In this document: one piece after another, positions 15,639 through 24,718 of the stretch | Position numbering within the stretch: position 1 is the stretch's first letter | How the letters are laid out: each line of letters begins with the position of its first letter | NCBI RefSeq assembly: GCF_000189295.2 | Contig: NC_016803.1 | Span: 3,750,001-3,782,000, forward strand | Source of the DNA: Pseudodesulfovibrio mercurii | GTDB lineage: Bacteria > Desulfobacterota > Desulfovibrionia > Desulfovibrionales > Desulfovibrionaceae | Direction: 5' to 3' | Length of the DNA: 32,000 bases | Position numbers and translations under genes: made by a program | Notes under the pieces: model-generated | The model's input: the letters and a program-made list of their open reading frames with translations, nothing else | What the model was told of the DNA's origin: nothing | The model's database searches: none

Positions 15639-16229
15639 ATGTCCAAACAGATTACGGAAGCGAGGAAACGGCGCATCGACGCGGTGCTGGCCCGGCGGCA
15701 GAAGGACCTGACCCTGGTCATGGACAACATCTGGGACCCGCACAACGTCTCGGCGGTGCTCAGGAGCTGCGACGCCTTCGGCGTGGCCGGGGTCCATCTC
15801 TACTACACCGACTCCCAGTGGCCGGACCTGGCCCTGAAGAGTTCGGGCTCGGCCACAAAGTGGGTCGAGCGCACCGAGCACGTGGACGCGGCCGAGATGG
15901 TCGCCGAACTCAAGGGGCGGGGCATGCGCGTTCTCAGGACGGGGTTCTCGGACTCGGCCCGGCCGGTCATGGACTTCGACTTCACCAAGCCCACGGCGAT
16001 CATCCTGAGCAACGAGCACCGGGGCACGTCCCCGGATCTGGCCGCCCTGGTTCCGGACGAGATATACATCCCCATGCAGGGCATGGTGCAGAGCTTCAAC
16101 GTGTCGGTGGCCGCGGCCATCATTTTGTACCAGGCGTTCACCCAGCGGGACGCCGCAGGCATGTACGACGAACCCTCCTTCTCGCGGGAGGAACTGGAAT
16201 CGCTCAAACCCCAATGGTATATGAGGTAA
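15639..16229 (+). CDS. trmH: SpoU/TrmH-family tRNA/rRNA 2'-O-ribose methyltransferase
   Basis: 196-aa ORF with SPOUT motifs DNIWDPHNVSAVLRSCDAFGV, AIILSNEHRGTS and IPMQGMVQSFNVSVAAAIILY. Confidence 0.8.
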   Translation: MSKQITEARKRRIDAVLARRQKDLTLVMDNIWDPHNVSAVLRSCDAFGVAGVHLYYTDSQWPDLALKSSGSATKWVERTEHVDAAEMVAELKGRGMRVLRTGFSDSARPVMDFDFTKPTAIILSNEHRGTSPDLAALVPDEIYIPMQGMVQSFNVSVAAAIILYQAFTQRDAAGMYDEPSFSREELESLKPQWYMR

Positions 16230-16239
16230 GGAGACTGTC

Positions 16240-16851
16240 ATGCAAGAATTGCTCAAGGTCCTGCGTTCCGGCGGCATCGTCATCTACCCCACGGAGACGC
16301 TCTACGCGCTGGGCTGCGACGCCACCAGCGAGGCGGCCTGCAACCGCGTGGCCGAGGTCAAAGGGCGTTCCGAGGAGCGGCCCCTGCCCCTGATCATCGG
16401 GGGCATGGACATGCTCGACCTGGTCACCGGCGAAAAGACCCGCTCCCTGCTCGACCTGGCGGGCGCGTTCTGGCCCGGCCCGCTGTCCATCCTGGTCAAG
16501 GCCCTGCCCGACCTGCCCGCCTGGCTGTCCGACGACGAGGGTTACACTTCGGTTCGCTGGTCCGGCCATCCCTTCGCCTCCGAACTGTCCCGCCGGTTCC
16601 GCAAGCCCATCGTGGCCACCAGCGCGAACCTGTCGGGCAAGCCCCCGGCGGCCCTGCCCGAGGACATCGATCCCGCGCTCCTGGAGATGGTCGACGGCTC
16701 CTACTTCGATCCGCCGTGGCCGCGCGGGCACAAGGCCTCCACCGTGGTCCGCCTGCTCGGTTCGAGCAAGCTCGAGATCATCCGCGAGGGCGAGATATCC
16801 ATCAAGAAACTGTGCGACAAGGGGTTCTCCGTGGCCGTGCGCAACGCCTGA
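16240..16851 (+). CDS. tsaC: L-threonylcarbamoyladenylate synthase (YrdC/TsaC/Sua5 family)
   Basis: GGIVIYPTETLYALGCDA, KGRSEERPLPLII, WPGPLSILV, ATSANLSGKP. Confidence 0.85.
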   Translation: MQELLKVLRSGGIVIYPTETLYALGCDATSEAACNRVAEVKGRSEERPLPLIIGGMDMLDLVTGEKTRSLLDLAGAFWPGPLSILVKALPDLPAWLSDDEGYTSVRWSGHPFASELSRRFRKPIVATSANLSGKPPAALPEDIDPALLEMVDGSYFDPPWPRGHKASTVVRLLGSSKLEIIREGEISIKKLCDKGFSVAVRNA

Positions 16852-16976
16852 TCCCGCGCGGCGGGTCAAAATACTTGAACCCGCATACACGGGAAATGGA
16901 CCGTTCCCGGTCCGAGGTAAAAAATCTTGTACCCCTTTCAGGGCGCAGGATTTTTTCTTTGTCCGACGTAGTCTTG

Positions 16977-16989
16977 CAACACATTGATT
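16977..16989 (-). promoter_or_regulatory. IHF-like site (AATCAATGTGTTG = WATCAANNNNTTR) upstream of the sigma-54 promoter
   Basis: The match to the IHF consensus reads on the minus strand, ~45 bp upstream of the -24 element, within an AT-rich bendable tract. Confidence 0.4.
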
Positions 16990-17029
16990 TAATTATGTTT
17001 TATTGAAAAATCCGCATCTGTCGGCCCGA

Positions 17030-17045
17030 TGGCACGGGGGTTGCT
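17030..17045 (+). promoter_or_regulatory. Sigma-54 (RpoN) -24/-12 promoter
   Basis: TGGCACGGGGGTTGCT is a complete match to TGGCACG-N4-TTGCW. I found no other such match in the window. Confidence 0.6.
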
Positions 17046-17338
17046 ATATCCAAAGCAACTTCTTCCTTTTTTTGCACACGAGAAAGCCAAGGCTTCACCG
17101 GACGGTCCGATGAAGCCTTTCTCGTATGGTCTGTGCTTTGCAAATATTCCAAGTAAAAACAGCATGTTGTTTGATCGCTGCCGACACTTCTTCGCGCATG
17201 GGCCACGGCTCGCGGCGAGGGAGTTCGCGCCCGGCGGCGTGGCGGCGGGGTAAAAAAAGTGGAATCGCGCTGGTCGGGGTTTGACTTCGTGACCGGGTTT
17301 GGGAACAGTCCGGTCTGGAACCAGCCAAGGAGCGAGTC

Positions 17339-17824
17339 ATGGGCAGAGTTCGGACCTGCCCCCACTGCGGGGGCGAGATCGAGGTGTATCGGAATCCCAC
17401 CCCCACGGTGGACGTGGTCATCGTCATGGACCTGACTGGGGGCGGGCGGGGCGTGGTTCTCATCAAGCGGCGCAATCCGCCCTTGGGCTGGGCGTTGCCC
17501 GGCGGGTTCGTGGACTACGGCGAGACCTGCGAGCAGGCCGCCGTGCGCGAGATGAAGGAGGAGACCGGGCTCGACGTGCGCTTGACCGGGCTGCTCGGGG
17601 TCTACTCGGACCCGAACCGCGACCCGCGCGGCCACACCATGAGCGTGGTCTACACCGGCGAGCCCGTGGACCCGGCAAGGCTCATGGCGGGCGACGACGC
17701 GGCCGACGCCTCGGTCTTTCCCATGGGGCAATGGCCCGAGCTGGCCTTCGACCACGCCAAGATCCTGGCGGACTTCCTCGCCAACGCCAAGGCCCGGGGC
17801 AAGGGCTGTCCGGACGCGCATTGA
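17339..17824 (+). CDS. NUDIX hydrolase with N-terminal CxxC zinc-ribbon-like motif
   Basis: NUDIX box [25 protein letters not shown]-terminal CPHCGG. RBS AAGGAG 6 nt upstream. Confidence 0.85.
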   Translation: MGRVRTCPHCGGEIEVYRNPTPTVDVVIVMDLTGGGRGVVLIKRRNPPLGWALPGGFVDYGETCEQAAVREMKEETGLDVRLTGLLGVYSDPNRDPRGHTMSVVYTGEPVDPARLMAGDDAADASVFPMGQWPELAFDHAKILADFLANAKARGKGCPDAH

Positions 17825-17898
17825 CTTGGACCTGGGCCGGGCGTAGCCTTTAGGAACCGGACATCTTCCGGACAGACCGCATCCAAGGTGAGACGATC

Positions 17899-18909
17899 AT
17901 GCGAACCCTATGCATTACCCTCGGTGATCCCTGCGGCCTCGGGCCCGAACTGGTGACCCGCCATTTTCTGGAGCGCGGCGACGAAGGGGACCGTTTCCTG
18001 CTCATCGGCCCGGCCCCGGCCCTTGACCGTGAACTGGCCCGGCTGGGCGCGCCCCGTTTCTTCTCCTCCCTGGACAGCCTGGACGCCATCGCCGACAAGA
18101 AGCCCGGCGTGTACATCCACCAGCCGCCCGAACTGGCCGACGTGACTTTCCCGCCCGGCGAGGCGTGCTGCGAGGGCGGCCTGTGCGCGGGCGTCAGCCT
18201 GGACGCGGCCGTCACGGCCCTCAAGTCCGGCCTGGCCCAGGGACTGCTGACCTGCCCCCTGAACAAGGCCATGCTCAACGCCGCCGGGTTCGACTTCCCC
18301 GGCCACACGGAATTTCTCGCCGAAAAGCTCGGCGTGGGCCGCGACAACGTGTGCATGTACCTGTGCGGCCACGACCCGGACGACCCCTCGCCCAAGCTGC
18401 GCGTCTCGCTCGTGACCACCCACCCGCGCCTGCGCGACGTGCCCGGCCTGATCACGAAGGAGCGCATCCTGCACTGCCTGCGCCTGACCGCCGGCTTCCT
18501 GACCACCCTCGGCCTGGACGGGCCCATCGGGGTCTGCGGACTGAACCCCCACGCCGGGGAGTCCGGGCGCATCGGCGACGAGGAGATCACGACCATCATT
18601 CCGGCCCTGGAACAGGCCGCCGCCGAGGGCATCCAGGCCGTGGGGCCCGTGCCGGGCGACACCATCTTCCACTTTGCGGCCAAGGGACAATATCCGGCCG
18701 TGCTGGCCATGTACCACGACCAGGGGCTGGCCCCGCTCAAGCTGCTGCACTTCAGCCGCGCCGTGAATGTCACCCTCGGCCTGCCGTACCCGCGCACCTC
18801 GCCGGACCACGGCACGGGCTACGACCTGGTGGGCACGGGCGAGGCCTCCATCGACAGCTTCCGCGCCGCCCTGGACATGCTCCGAAAACTGGTCGGCCGA
18901 ACGGACTAG
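17899..18909 (+). CDS. pdxA: 4-hydroxythreonine-4-phosphate dehydrogenase
   Basis: ITLGDPCGLGPEL, FPGHTEFLAEK, GLNPHAGESG, MYHDQGL, SPDHGTGYD. Confidence 0.88.
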   Translation: MRTLCITLGDPCGLGPELVTRHFLERGDEGDRFLLIGPAPALDRELARLGAPRFFSSLDSLDAIADKKPGVYIHQPPELADVTFPPGEACCEGGLCAGVSLDAAVTALKSGLAQGLLTCPLNKAMLNAAGFDFPGHTEFLAEKLGVGRDNVCMYLCGHDPDDPSPKLRVSLVTTHPRLRDVPGLITKERILHCLRLTAGFLTTLGLDGPIGVCGLNPHAGESGRIGDEEITTIIPALEQAAAEGIQAVGPVPGDTIFHFAAKGQYPAVLAMYHDQGLAPLKLLHFSRAVNVTLGLPYPRTSPDHGTGYDLVGTGEASIDSFRAALDMLRKLVGRTD

Positions 18910-18911
18910 GC

Positions 18912-19451
18912 ATGTTCAAACGCTACGTCCTCCTCGACCGCGACGGCACCATCATCAAGGACAAACACTACCTGCACGACCCCGAGGGCGTGGAGCTCCT
19001 GCCCCAGGCCGCCGAGGGCCTCAAGCGGCTCCAGGGCATGGGCTTCGGCCTGGCCGTGCTGACCAACCAGAGCGGCGTGGCGCGCGGCTACTACGACGAG
19101 GACGCGGTCCACGCCTGCAACCAGCGCATGGTCGACCTCCTGGCCGAACAGGGCGTGACCATCGACGGCGTGTTCTACTGCCCGCACCAGCCCCAGGACA
19201 AGTGCAACTGCCGCAAGCCCAACCCCGGCCTCATGCTCCAGGCCGCCGCCGAACTCGACTTCGACCCGGCCCATGCCTTCATGATCGGCGACAAGGCCGC
19301 CGACATCAGCCTGGGCCGCAATACCGGGGCCGCCACCATCCTCGTGCGCACCGGCAAGGGCGCGGCCCAGGAAGCCAAATGCGGTCCCCTCGCCGACCAC
19401 GTCTGCGACGACCTCTTCGCCGCCGCCCTGTACATCGAAAGTTTGTTGTAG
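18912..19451 (+). CDS. gmhB: D-glycero-D-manno-heptose-1,7-bisphosphate 7-phosphatase (HAD-IIIA)
   Basis: ATG at 18912, 2 nt after the pdxA stop. LLDRDGTI (HAD motif I), LTNQSGVARG, Zn motif CPHQPQDKCNCRKP, MIGDKAADI. Confidence 0.8.
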   Translation: MFKRYVLLDRDGTIIKDKHYLHDPEGVELLPQAAEGLKRLQGMGFGLAVLTNQSGVARGYYDEDAVHACNQRMVDLLAEQGVTIDGVFYCPHQPQDKCNCRKPNPGLMLQAAAELDFDPAHAFMIGDKAADISLGRNTGAATILVRTGKGAAQEAKCGPLADHVCDDLFAAALYIESLL

Positions 19452-19463
19452 GTTGTGCGGCGC

Positions 19464-19592
19464 CCAGGGGGGAAGGGGGCGAGAGGGAACCCTTTGGAAA
19501 AGGGCTTCCGTCTCGCCCCCTTCCCCCCTGGACCACCCAACCCCCACTCACCCTCCTAAACTTCTTGGTGCCGCTTAGCGGGGTGCGGGCGC
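19464..19592 (+). repeat. REP-like element copy A: 68-bp GC-rich palindrome plus conserved tail
   Basis: Palindrome ccaggggggaagggggcgagagggaaccctttggaaaagggcttccgtctcgcccccttcccccctgg (19464..19531). Tail ...cctaaacttcttggtgccgcttagcggggtgcgggc is homologous to 28671..28710. Confidence 0.75.
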
Positions 19593-19650
19593 CGGGAAGG
19601 GAGTTATTTGGACGAGGCCGCGAGGGGGAAAAGGTCGGGCTTTTCGCGTT

Positions 19651-19742
19651 CGCACGGTCTCCGCGAAGCGGCGATAAAAAGTTTGGAAGGGGAGTCCAGA
19701 GGGGAAACTTTTTCAAAAGTTTCCCCTCTGGCCGCCGGAGGC
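19651..19742 (-). repeat. REP-like element copy A2 (inverted orientation)
   Basis: Palindrome ccagaggggaaactttttcaaaagtttcccctctgg (19696..19731) is flanked by ccgccggaggc, the reverse complement of gcctccggcgg at 28590..28600. The tail ccgcgaagcggcgataaaaagtttggaagg is the reverse complement of the family tail. Confidence 0.75.
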
Positions 19743-19743
19743 A

Positions 19744-19791
19744 TTTCCCAACGAAAAGGGCTCCCGTCAGGGAGCCCTTTTCGTTGGGAAA
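19744..19791. terminator. Perfect 22-bp-stem hairpin between convergent gmhB and the TPR gene (terminator or further palindromic unit)
   Basis: tttcccaacgaaaagggctccc-gtca-gggagcccttttcgttgggaaa has perfectly complementary arms. There is no long external U-tract. Confidence 0.45.
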
Positions 19792-19805
19792 TGATGTCGT
19801 CGGTG

Positions 19806-20606
19806 TCAGCCCATTTTTTTCTGGGCGAATTTGAGCATTTTGACGGCTTCGGCGAAGTCGGGGTTGATTTCCACGGCCTTGTTGGCGGAGCTGGCCATTT
19901 TGCCCCATTTGCGCCAGTCGTAGTAGAGGCGGCCCATGTTGTAGTGCAGGTATTCGTCGTCGGTGGTCAGGGTCAGGGCCTTGAGGTAGTATTTCTCGGC
20001 GGTCTCGAAGTCCTGCATCTTGCGCAGGACCATGCCGATGCGGTTGTAGAGGTGGATGGCGTTGGGGTCGTCCTTGAGGGCGTCGTCCAACATGGCGTAG
20101 GCCTCTTTGTAGCGGCCCGCGTTGAGGTAGCGGTCGGCTATGTCGGCCTTGAGCTCGGAGTCGCCGCTGAAGGTGTGCACCAGCTGGTCGAACACGGCCT
20201 GGGCCTTGTCCCATTCCTGGGCGTCCAGGTGGGCCTGGCCCTTTTCCAGTTCGGCCCGTTTCTGGGCGTTGAGGGCCTCCAGGTCGCCCTGGACCTCCTC
20301 GTTGAGGGCCTTTTGCAGCTCCTGGAGCAGTTCGCGCATGGCGTCGAGCAGGGGACGCTCCTTGCCGGGCTCGTAGCTGATGACCAGGGGGTAGATCTTG
20401 CGCAGCTCCTTGTCGGAGTTGAGCACGTAGGTGACCTTCTGGAGGATTTCCTCGAACTCGTCGCGCTCGTTCTTCATGACCTGATTCTTGAGGAAGAGAA
20501 TGAGGCCGTCGTGGACCGCCTGCACCGCGGGCATGTACTTGCCTTGCTTCAGGAGGGTGGCGACGGAGTTCAGCTTCTTGCGCGACTTGATCAGATCAGT
20601 GGACAT
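19806..20606 (-). CDS. TPR-repeat protein
   Basis: 266-aa ORF. The C-terminal half shows tandem TPR-like repeats (ADRYLNAGRYKEAYAMLDDALKDDPN, NRIGMVLRKMQDFETAEKYYLKAL, YNMGRLYYDWRKWGKMASSANKAVEINPD). Confidence 0.75.
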   Translation of the reverse strand: MSTDLIKSRKKLNSVATLLKQGKYMPAVQAVHDGLILFLKNQVMKNERDEFEEILQKVTYVLNSDKELRKIYPLVISYEPGKERPLLDAMRELLQELQKALNEEVQGDLEALNAQKRAELEKGQAHLDAQEWDKAQAVFDQLVHTFSGDSELKADIADRYLNAGRYKEAYAMLDDALKDDPNAIHLYNRIGMVLRKMQDFETAEKYYLKALTLTTDDEYLHYNMGRLYYDWRKWGKMASSANKAVEINPDFAEAVKMLKFAQKKMG

Positions 20607-20636
20607 GCGGCGTTCCCGGCTGAGGTTGGCGGGGGG

Positions 20637-21761
20637 TTATACCCCGGTGCTTTCCCTGACCATATCACGAAATCTCGGAAAGAAATAGCGGCTGTCGTGG
20701 GGGCCGGGCCCGGCTTCCGGGTGGTACTGGATGGCCAGGATGGGCTTCTCCCGGTGGCGGAATCCTTCCAGGGTGTTGTCGTTCAGGTTGACGTGGGTCT
20801 TTTCCAGGAAGTCGAGGCCGTCCACGTCCACGCAGAAGCCGTGGTTCTGGGAGGAGATTTCGATCTTCTCGGTCTGGAGGTCCATGACCGGGTGGTTGCA
20901 GCCGTGGTGGCCGAACTTGAGCTTATAGGTGGTCCCGCCCATGGCCAGGCCGAGGATCTGGTGGCCCAGGCAGATGCCCGCCACGGGCAGGTCCCGGCAC
21001 AAATCCTTGGCCGCCTCCACGGCGGTGGTCACGGCGGCCGGGTCACCGGGGCCGTTGGACAGGAACACGGCGTCCGGGCCGAGTTCGCGCACCTGGGCGG
21101 CGGTGAAGTGGGAGGGCAGGACGATCATGTCGAAGCCCTCGGCCTCCATGAGCCGCAGGATGTTCCACTTGATGCCGAAGTCGTACACGGCCAGCTTGGG
21201 GCCGGTGCCCTTCCAGGCGAAGTCCCGGATATCGTCGATGAACGCGGGCTTTTTGCCGTCCCAGGTGTAGGCGCGGTCGCAGGACACGCGGTCGGCCAGG
21301 TTGAGGCCTTCCATGTTCTCGATGGACCGGGCCTTTTCGACCAGTTCGGCCGGGTCGGCGTCGCCCGTGGCCATGAAGCCGCGCTGGGCCCCGTTGAGGC
21401 GCAGGTGGCGGGTCAGGGCGCGGGTGTCGATGCCCTCGATGCCCATGACCCCGGCCTGGGTCAGGTAGTCGGGCAGGGACATGGTCGAGCGCCAGTTGCT
21501 CGGCTTCTTGCAGCATTCCTTGACGATGAAGCCCGCGGCCTGGACCTTGTGCGACTCCACGTCCTCGGGGTTGACCCCGTAGTTGCCGATGAGCGGGTAG
21601 GTCATGGTGACCATCTGCCCGGTGTAGGACGGGTCGGTCAGGATCTCCTGGTAGCCGGTCATGCCGGTGTTGAAGATGACCTCGCCGGAGGCTTCGCCCT
21701 GGCCGGTGAAGCTCGTCCCCTGGAAAATCGTGCCGTCTTCGAGGGCAAGGATCGCTTTCAT
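20637..21761 (-). CDS. carA: Carbamoyl-phosphate synthase small (glutaminase) subunit
   Basis: Internal ATG 21761..21759 gives [20 protein letters not shown]..., with [20 protein letters not shown] (catalytic Cys) and QYHPEA. The ORF-track extension to 22181 overlaps kdsB and was rejected. The ATG overlaps the kdsB TGA (TGATG). Confidence 0.9.
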   Translation of the reverse strand: MKAILALEDGTIFQGTSFTGQGEASGEVIFNTGMTGYQEILTDPSYTGQMVTMTYPLIGNYGVNPEDVESHKVQAAGFIVKECCKKPSNWRSTMSLPDYLTQAGVMGIEGIDTRALTRHLRLNGAQRGFMATGDADPAELVEKARSIENMEGLNLADRVSCDRAYTWDGKKPAFIDDIRDFAWKGTGPKLAVYDFGIKWNILRLMEAEGFDMIVLPSHFTAAQVRELGPDAVFLSNGPGDPAAVTTAVEAAKDLCRDLPVAGICLGHQILGLAMGGTTYKLKFGHHGCNHPVMDLQTEKIEISSQNHGFCVDVDGLDFLEKTHVNLNDNTLEGFRHREKPILAIQYHPEAGPGPHDSRYFFPRFRDMVRESTGV

Positions 21762-22501
21762 CAATGGTTCTCCAGAATGGTCTTGACCTTGACGAGGTCC
21801 TCGGGCCTGTCCACCCCGTGGCAGGCGTGCCGCGTCTCGGTTACGTAAATATCGATGCCGTCCTCGAGCAGACGGAGCTGTTCCAGTTTCTCCCGCTGCT
21901 CCAGCGGGCTCGGGTCCAGGCTGCCGAACCGTTCCAGGGCCTCCATGCGGAAGCCGTAGAGCCCGATGTGCAGCAGGAACCCGTGCAGCTTCCCGTCGCG
22001 GTCGAACGGCACCAGCGAGCGGGAGAAATAGAGCGCGCGGCCGTCCTTTGCCCGGACCACCTTGACCCGGTCGGGCGAGGCCGCCTCGTCCGGGCCGATG
22101 GACGTGGCCAGGGTGGTGACCATGACCCGCCGGTCCTCGAAGGGCCGGAGCAGTTCGGTGAGCATGCCCGGTTCCAGGCACGGCTCGTCTCCCTGAATGT
22201 TAACCACGACCGCGTCCGAGTCAATGGACAGGGCCCGCGCCGCTTCGAGCACGCGGTCCGTGCCGCTGCTATGGTCGCGCCGGGTCATGACCACGGGCAC
22301 GCCCAGCGCCTGGGCCGCGTCGAAGATGCGCGCATCGTCCGTGGCCAGGGTGACGCTGGTCATCTGGGGGCAGGCCGAGGCCCGCGACCAGACGTGCCAG
22401 AACATGGGCTTGCCGCCGATCTCGACCAGAGGCTTGCCCGGGAACCGCGAGGAGTCGTACCTGGCGGGGATGATGCCGTGACATTCGGGAAATTCGCTCA
22501 T
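21761..22501 (-). CDS. kdsB: 3-deoxy-manno-octulosonate cytidylyltransferase (CMP-KDO synthetase)
   Basis: [33 protein letters not shown]. Confidence 0.88.
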   Translation of the reverse strand: MSEFPECHGIIPARYDSSRFPGKPLVEIGGKPMFWHVWSRASACPQMTSVTLATDDARIFDAAQALGVPVVMTRRDHSSGTDRVLEAARALSIDSDAVVVNIQGDEPCLEPGMLTELLRPFEDRRVMVTTLATSIGPDEAASPDRVKVVRAKDGRALYFSRSLVPFDRDGKLHGFLLHIGLYGFRMEALERFGSLDPSPLEQREKLEQLRLLEDGIDIYVTETRHACHGVDRPEDLVKVKTILENH

Positions 22502-22519
22502 TGCTGCTGCACTGCGTTC

Positions 22520-23806
22520 TTAATCATTATCCAGGAAATCGGCAACCTGTTTGGCGACCGCTTCCGCGCCGCCCCGGCGGTCGCGGATGTACCGGTTCGC
22601 GGCTGCGGCCACGGTCCTGCGCGGCGGGGTGTCGTCGAGAATCTTCTTCAACGATTCCAGGGCGTCCTGCCAGTCCTTCGCCTCCACGGCCAGGCCGGAG
22701 TCGATGATCTCGCGGCCCACCCAGGCGAAGTTCTTCCAGTGCGGGCCGGTGACCGGGGTCACGCCGCTGGTCAGGGGTTCGAGGAAATTCTGTCCTCCCA
22801 GGGGGGCCAGGGAGCCGCCCACGAAGGCGGCCGAGGCCAGCCCGTAGGCCGGGACCAGTTCGCCGAAGGTGTCCCACAGGACGACCGTTCCGGGTCGGGC
22901 CGGGCCGGAAAGCTTGGAGCGCAGGACCCAGTTGAGCCCGGCCCCGTCCATGGCCCGGCGCCACAGGTCCAGGTGGTGCATGTGCCGGGGGAACAGGCCG
23001 AGCACCACCGCCGGGCGGGCGGACAGGAGTCCGGCGGCCAGCCGGGTGACGTCGTGCTCCTCCTCCCGGCGCACCGAGCCGAAGATGACGAAGGGGTCCT
23101 TCGGACCGATCAGGTCGCGGAGGGGATTGTCCTTGCGGGGCGTGAGCCGGGCGTCGCCCATGCGGTCGAACTTGATGTTCGGCATGACCCCGACCCGGTC
23201 GCGGCCGAACAGGGTGGCGAAGCGGCGGCCGTCGGTCTCGGACACGGCCAGGACCCGGTCCGGGGCCAGCGCCCGGAACAGGCCGGGCCAGGCCATGTAC
23301 CCGGCCAGGGACTTGGTGCTCATGCGCCCGTTGGCCAGGAGCACGGACACGCCGCGCCGCTTGCAGGCGGAAAGGAAGCCCGGCCAGATCTCGGTCTCCA
23401 GGAGCACGGCCAGCTCGGGCCGGACCCGCTCGACCATGCGGCGCATGAGGTCCGGGGCGTCGAAGGGGAAATACCACGGCTGGACCGCCAGCCCGGCCTT
23501 GCGCCCGTTGATCTCCTCGGCGGCCCGGACCAGGGTCTGGTGTCCCTGGAGGGTGTTGGTGGTCACCAGCACGCGCAGGGTCTCGTTGCCCACCGGCTTG
23601 AGGTGCTTGAGGACCTCCCAGGCCAGGTAGGCCTCGCCGCCGCTGGCCGCCTGCATCCACAGACGGGCCGGGGCGGGCACCCCGGTTCCCAGGGTGCGCT
23701 GTTCCCAGCCCTCCCGGAGCCGTCCGTTGAAGCGCAGCAGGGGCAGGGCGGCCTTCCAGGCCAGGCCGTAGGCCTTGATCGCCACGTCCGCGGCGGTCTT
23801 CGCCAT
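22520..23806 (-). CDS. waaA: 3-deoxy-D-manno-octulosonic acid transferase
   Basis: 428-aa ORF with the WaaA/KdtA N-terminal pattern (WMQAASGGEAYLAWEVLKHL, LVTTNTLQG). The C-terminal GT-B half has GGSLAPLGGQNFLEP. The ATG directly abuts the ddl stop (TAGATG). Confidence 0.85.
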   Translation of the reverse strand: MAKTAADVAIKAYGLAWKAALPLLRFNGRLREGWEQRTLGTGVPAPARLWMQAASGGEAYLAWEVLKHLKPVGNETLRVLVTTNTLQGHQTLVRAAEEINGRKAGLAVQPWYFPFDAPDLMRRMVERVRPELAVLLETEIWPGFLSACKRRGVSVLLANGRMSTKSLAGYMAWPGLFRALAPDRVLAVSETDGRRFATLFGRDRVGVMPNIKFDRMGDARLTPRKDNPLRDLIGPKDPFVIFGSVRREEEHDVTRLAAGLLSARPAVVLGLFPRHMHHLDLWRRAMDGAGLNWVLRSKLSGPARPGTVVLWDTFGELVPAYGLASAAFVGGSLAPLGGQNFLEPLTSGVTPVTGPHWKNFAWVGREIIDSGLAVEAKDWQDALESLKKILDDTPPRRTVAAAANRYIRDRRGGAEAVAKQVADFLDND

Positions 23807-24718
23807 CTAGCCCCTGCCTTCCAGGCCGAGCCGGATCAGTTCGGCGATGAGTTCGGTGAAGGAGTAGCCCACGTGGGCCGCCGCCCTGGGCAGCAGGCTG
23901 GTGGGGGTCATGCCGGGCAGGGTGTTGACCTCGAGCAGGTAGGTCTCGCCGTCTGGGGTGGCGATGAAGTCGCCCCGGCTGTAGCCGGTCAGCCCCAGGG
24001 CCGCGTGGGCCACGAGCATCTGCTCCTGGATGGTCCGGACCAGGCCCTCGTCCACCGGTGCCGGGCAGATCTCCTCGGCCCCGTCGGCCGCGTACTTGTT
24101 CTCGTAGTCGAAGAAGTCGGACCCCACGCGGGGGGTGATCATGATCAGGGGCAGGGCCTCGTTGCCGAGGATGCCGCAGGTCAGCTCCACGCCGGGGATG
24201 AAGGTCTCGACCAGCGCGGACTGGCACATGGCGAAGACCTTGTCCAGAGCCGCCGGAAAGTCCTCGGCCCGCTTGACCAGGGACATGCCCAGCGACGAGC
24301 CGCCCTTGTCCGGCTTAACGAACACGGGCAGGGAGAGTTCGAGCGGGGTTTCGCGCCCCTGGGTGGGGGTGATCAGCTGCCACTCCGGGGTGTTGATGCC
24401 GTTGGCCTCGAAGACTTCCTTGGAGGCGGCCTTGTTCAGGGCCAGGTAGGAGGCGGCCGGACCCGCGCCCTGGTAGGGGCAGCCCGCCTTGTCCAGGACC
24501 GCCTGGATCAGGCCGTCCTCGCCGGGCGTGCCGTGCAGGTTGATGAAGGCGAAGTCCGCGCCCTTGGCGATGGAGAGCAGGTTCCGGAAGTCGTCCGCCG
24601 GGTCGAAGAAGGTCACGTCATGGCCGAGTTCGTCCAGGGCGGAGCGGATTTTCCGGGCCCCGGACAGGGAGACGTCGCGTTCGTCAGACCAGCCGCCCGC
24701 TATCAAAATCACATGCAT
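23807..24718 (-). CDS. ddl: D-alanine--D-alanine ligase
   Basis: ILIAGGWSDERDVSLSGA, FINLHGTPGEDGLIQ, VFVKPDKGGSSLG, LLEVNTLPGMT. Confidence 0.9.
   Translation of the reverse strand: MHVILIAGGWSDERDVSLSGARKIRSALDELGHDVTFFDPADDFRNLLSIAKGADFAFINLHGTPGEDGLIQAVLDKAGCPYQGAGPAASYLALNKAASKEVFEANGINTPEWQLITPTQGRETPLELSLPVFVKPDKGGSSLGMSLVKRAEDFPAALDKVFAMCQSALVETFIPGVELTCGILGNEALPLIMITPRVGSDFFDYENKYAADGAEEICPAPVDEGLVRTIQEQMLVAHAALGLTGYSRGDFIATPDGETYLLEVNTLPGMTPTSLLPRAAAHVGYSFTELIAELIRLGLEGRG

Noticed and set aside
17029-17253. 74-aa ORF in the tsaC-NUDIX intergenic region as a possible sigma-54-driven small protein
   Set aside because: Its start codon lies inside the -24/-12 promoter element, upstream of the predicted transcription start. 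It has no RBS, and its sequence is not protein-like.
19452-19805. Possibility that the clustered palindromes (here and at 28590..29002) form a CRISPR array
   Set aside because: There is no regular repeat-spacer periodicity, the units lie in opposite orientations and differ in length, and no cas genes are present.
19306-20214. 302-aa minus-strand ORF and 355-aa plus-strand ORF (18767..19834) running through the 19452..19805 repeats
   Set aside because: They read through palindromic REP-like DNA and overlap gmhB or the TPR gene out of frame. The repeated PFPKG/PLPP-type peptide strings are a by-product of translating the palindromes.
20637-22181. N-terminal extensions offered by the ORF track for carA (to 22181), lipB (to 3539), dus (to 31548), periplasmic-type cbiK (to 12430), the ABC ATPase (to 10376), the RACo-like gene (to 6038), the hydrolase (from 5701) and the HD protein (to 25388)
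   Set aside because: The extensions overlap upstream genes, tRNAs or the riboswitch and are compositionally aberrant. In each case an internal start with an RBS coincides with the beginning of the conserved family N-terminus.
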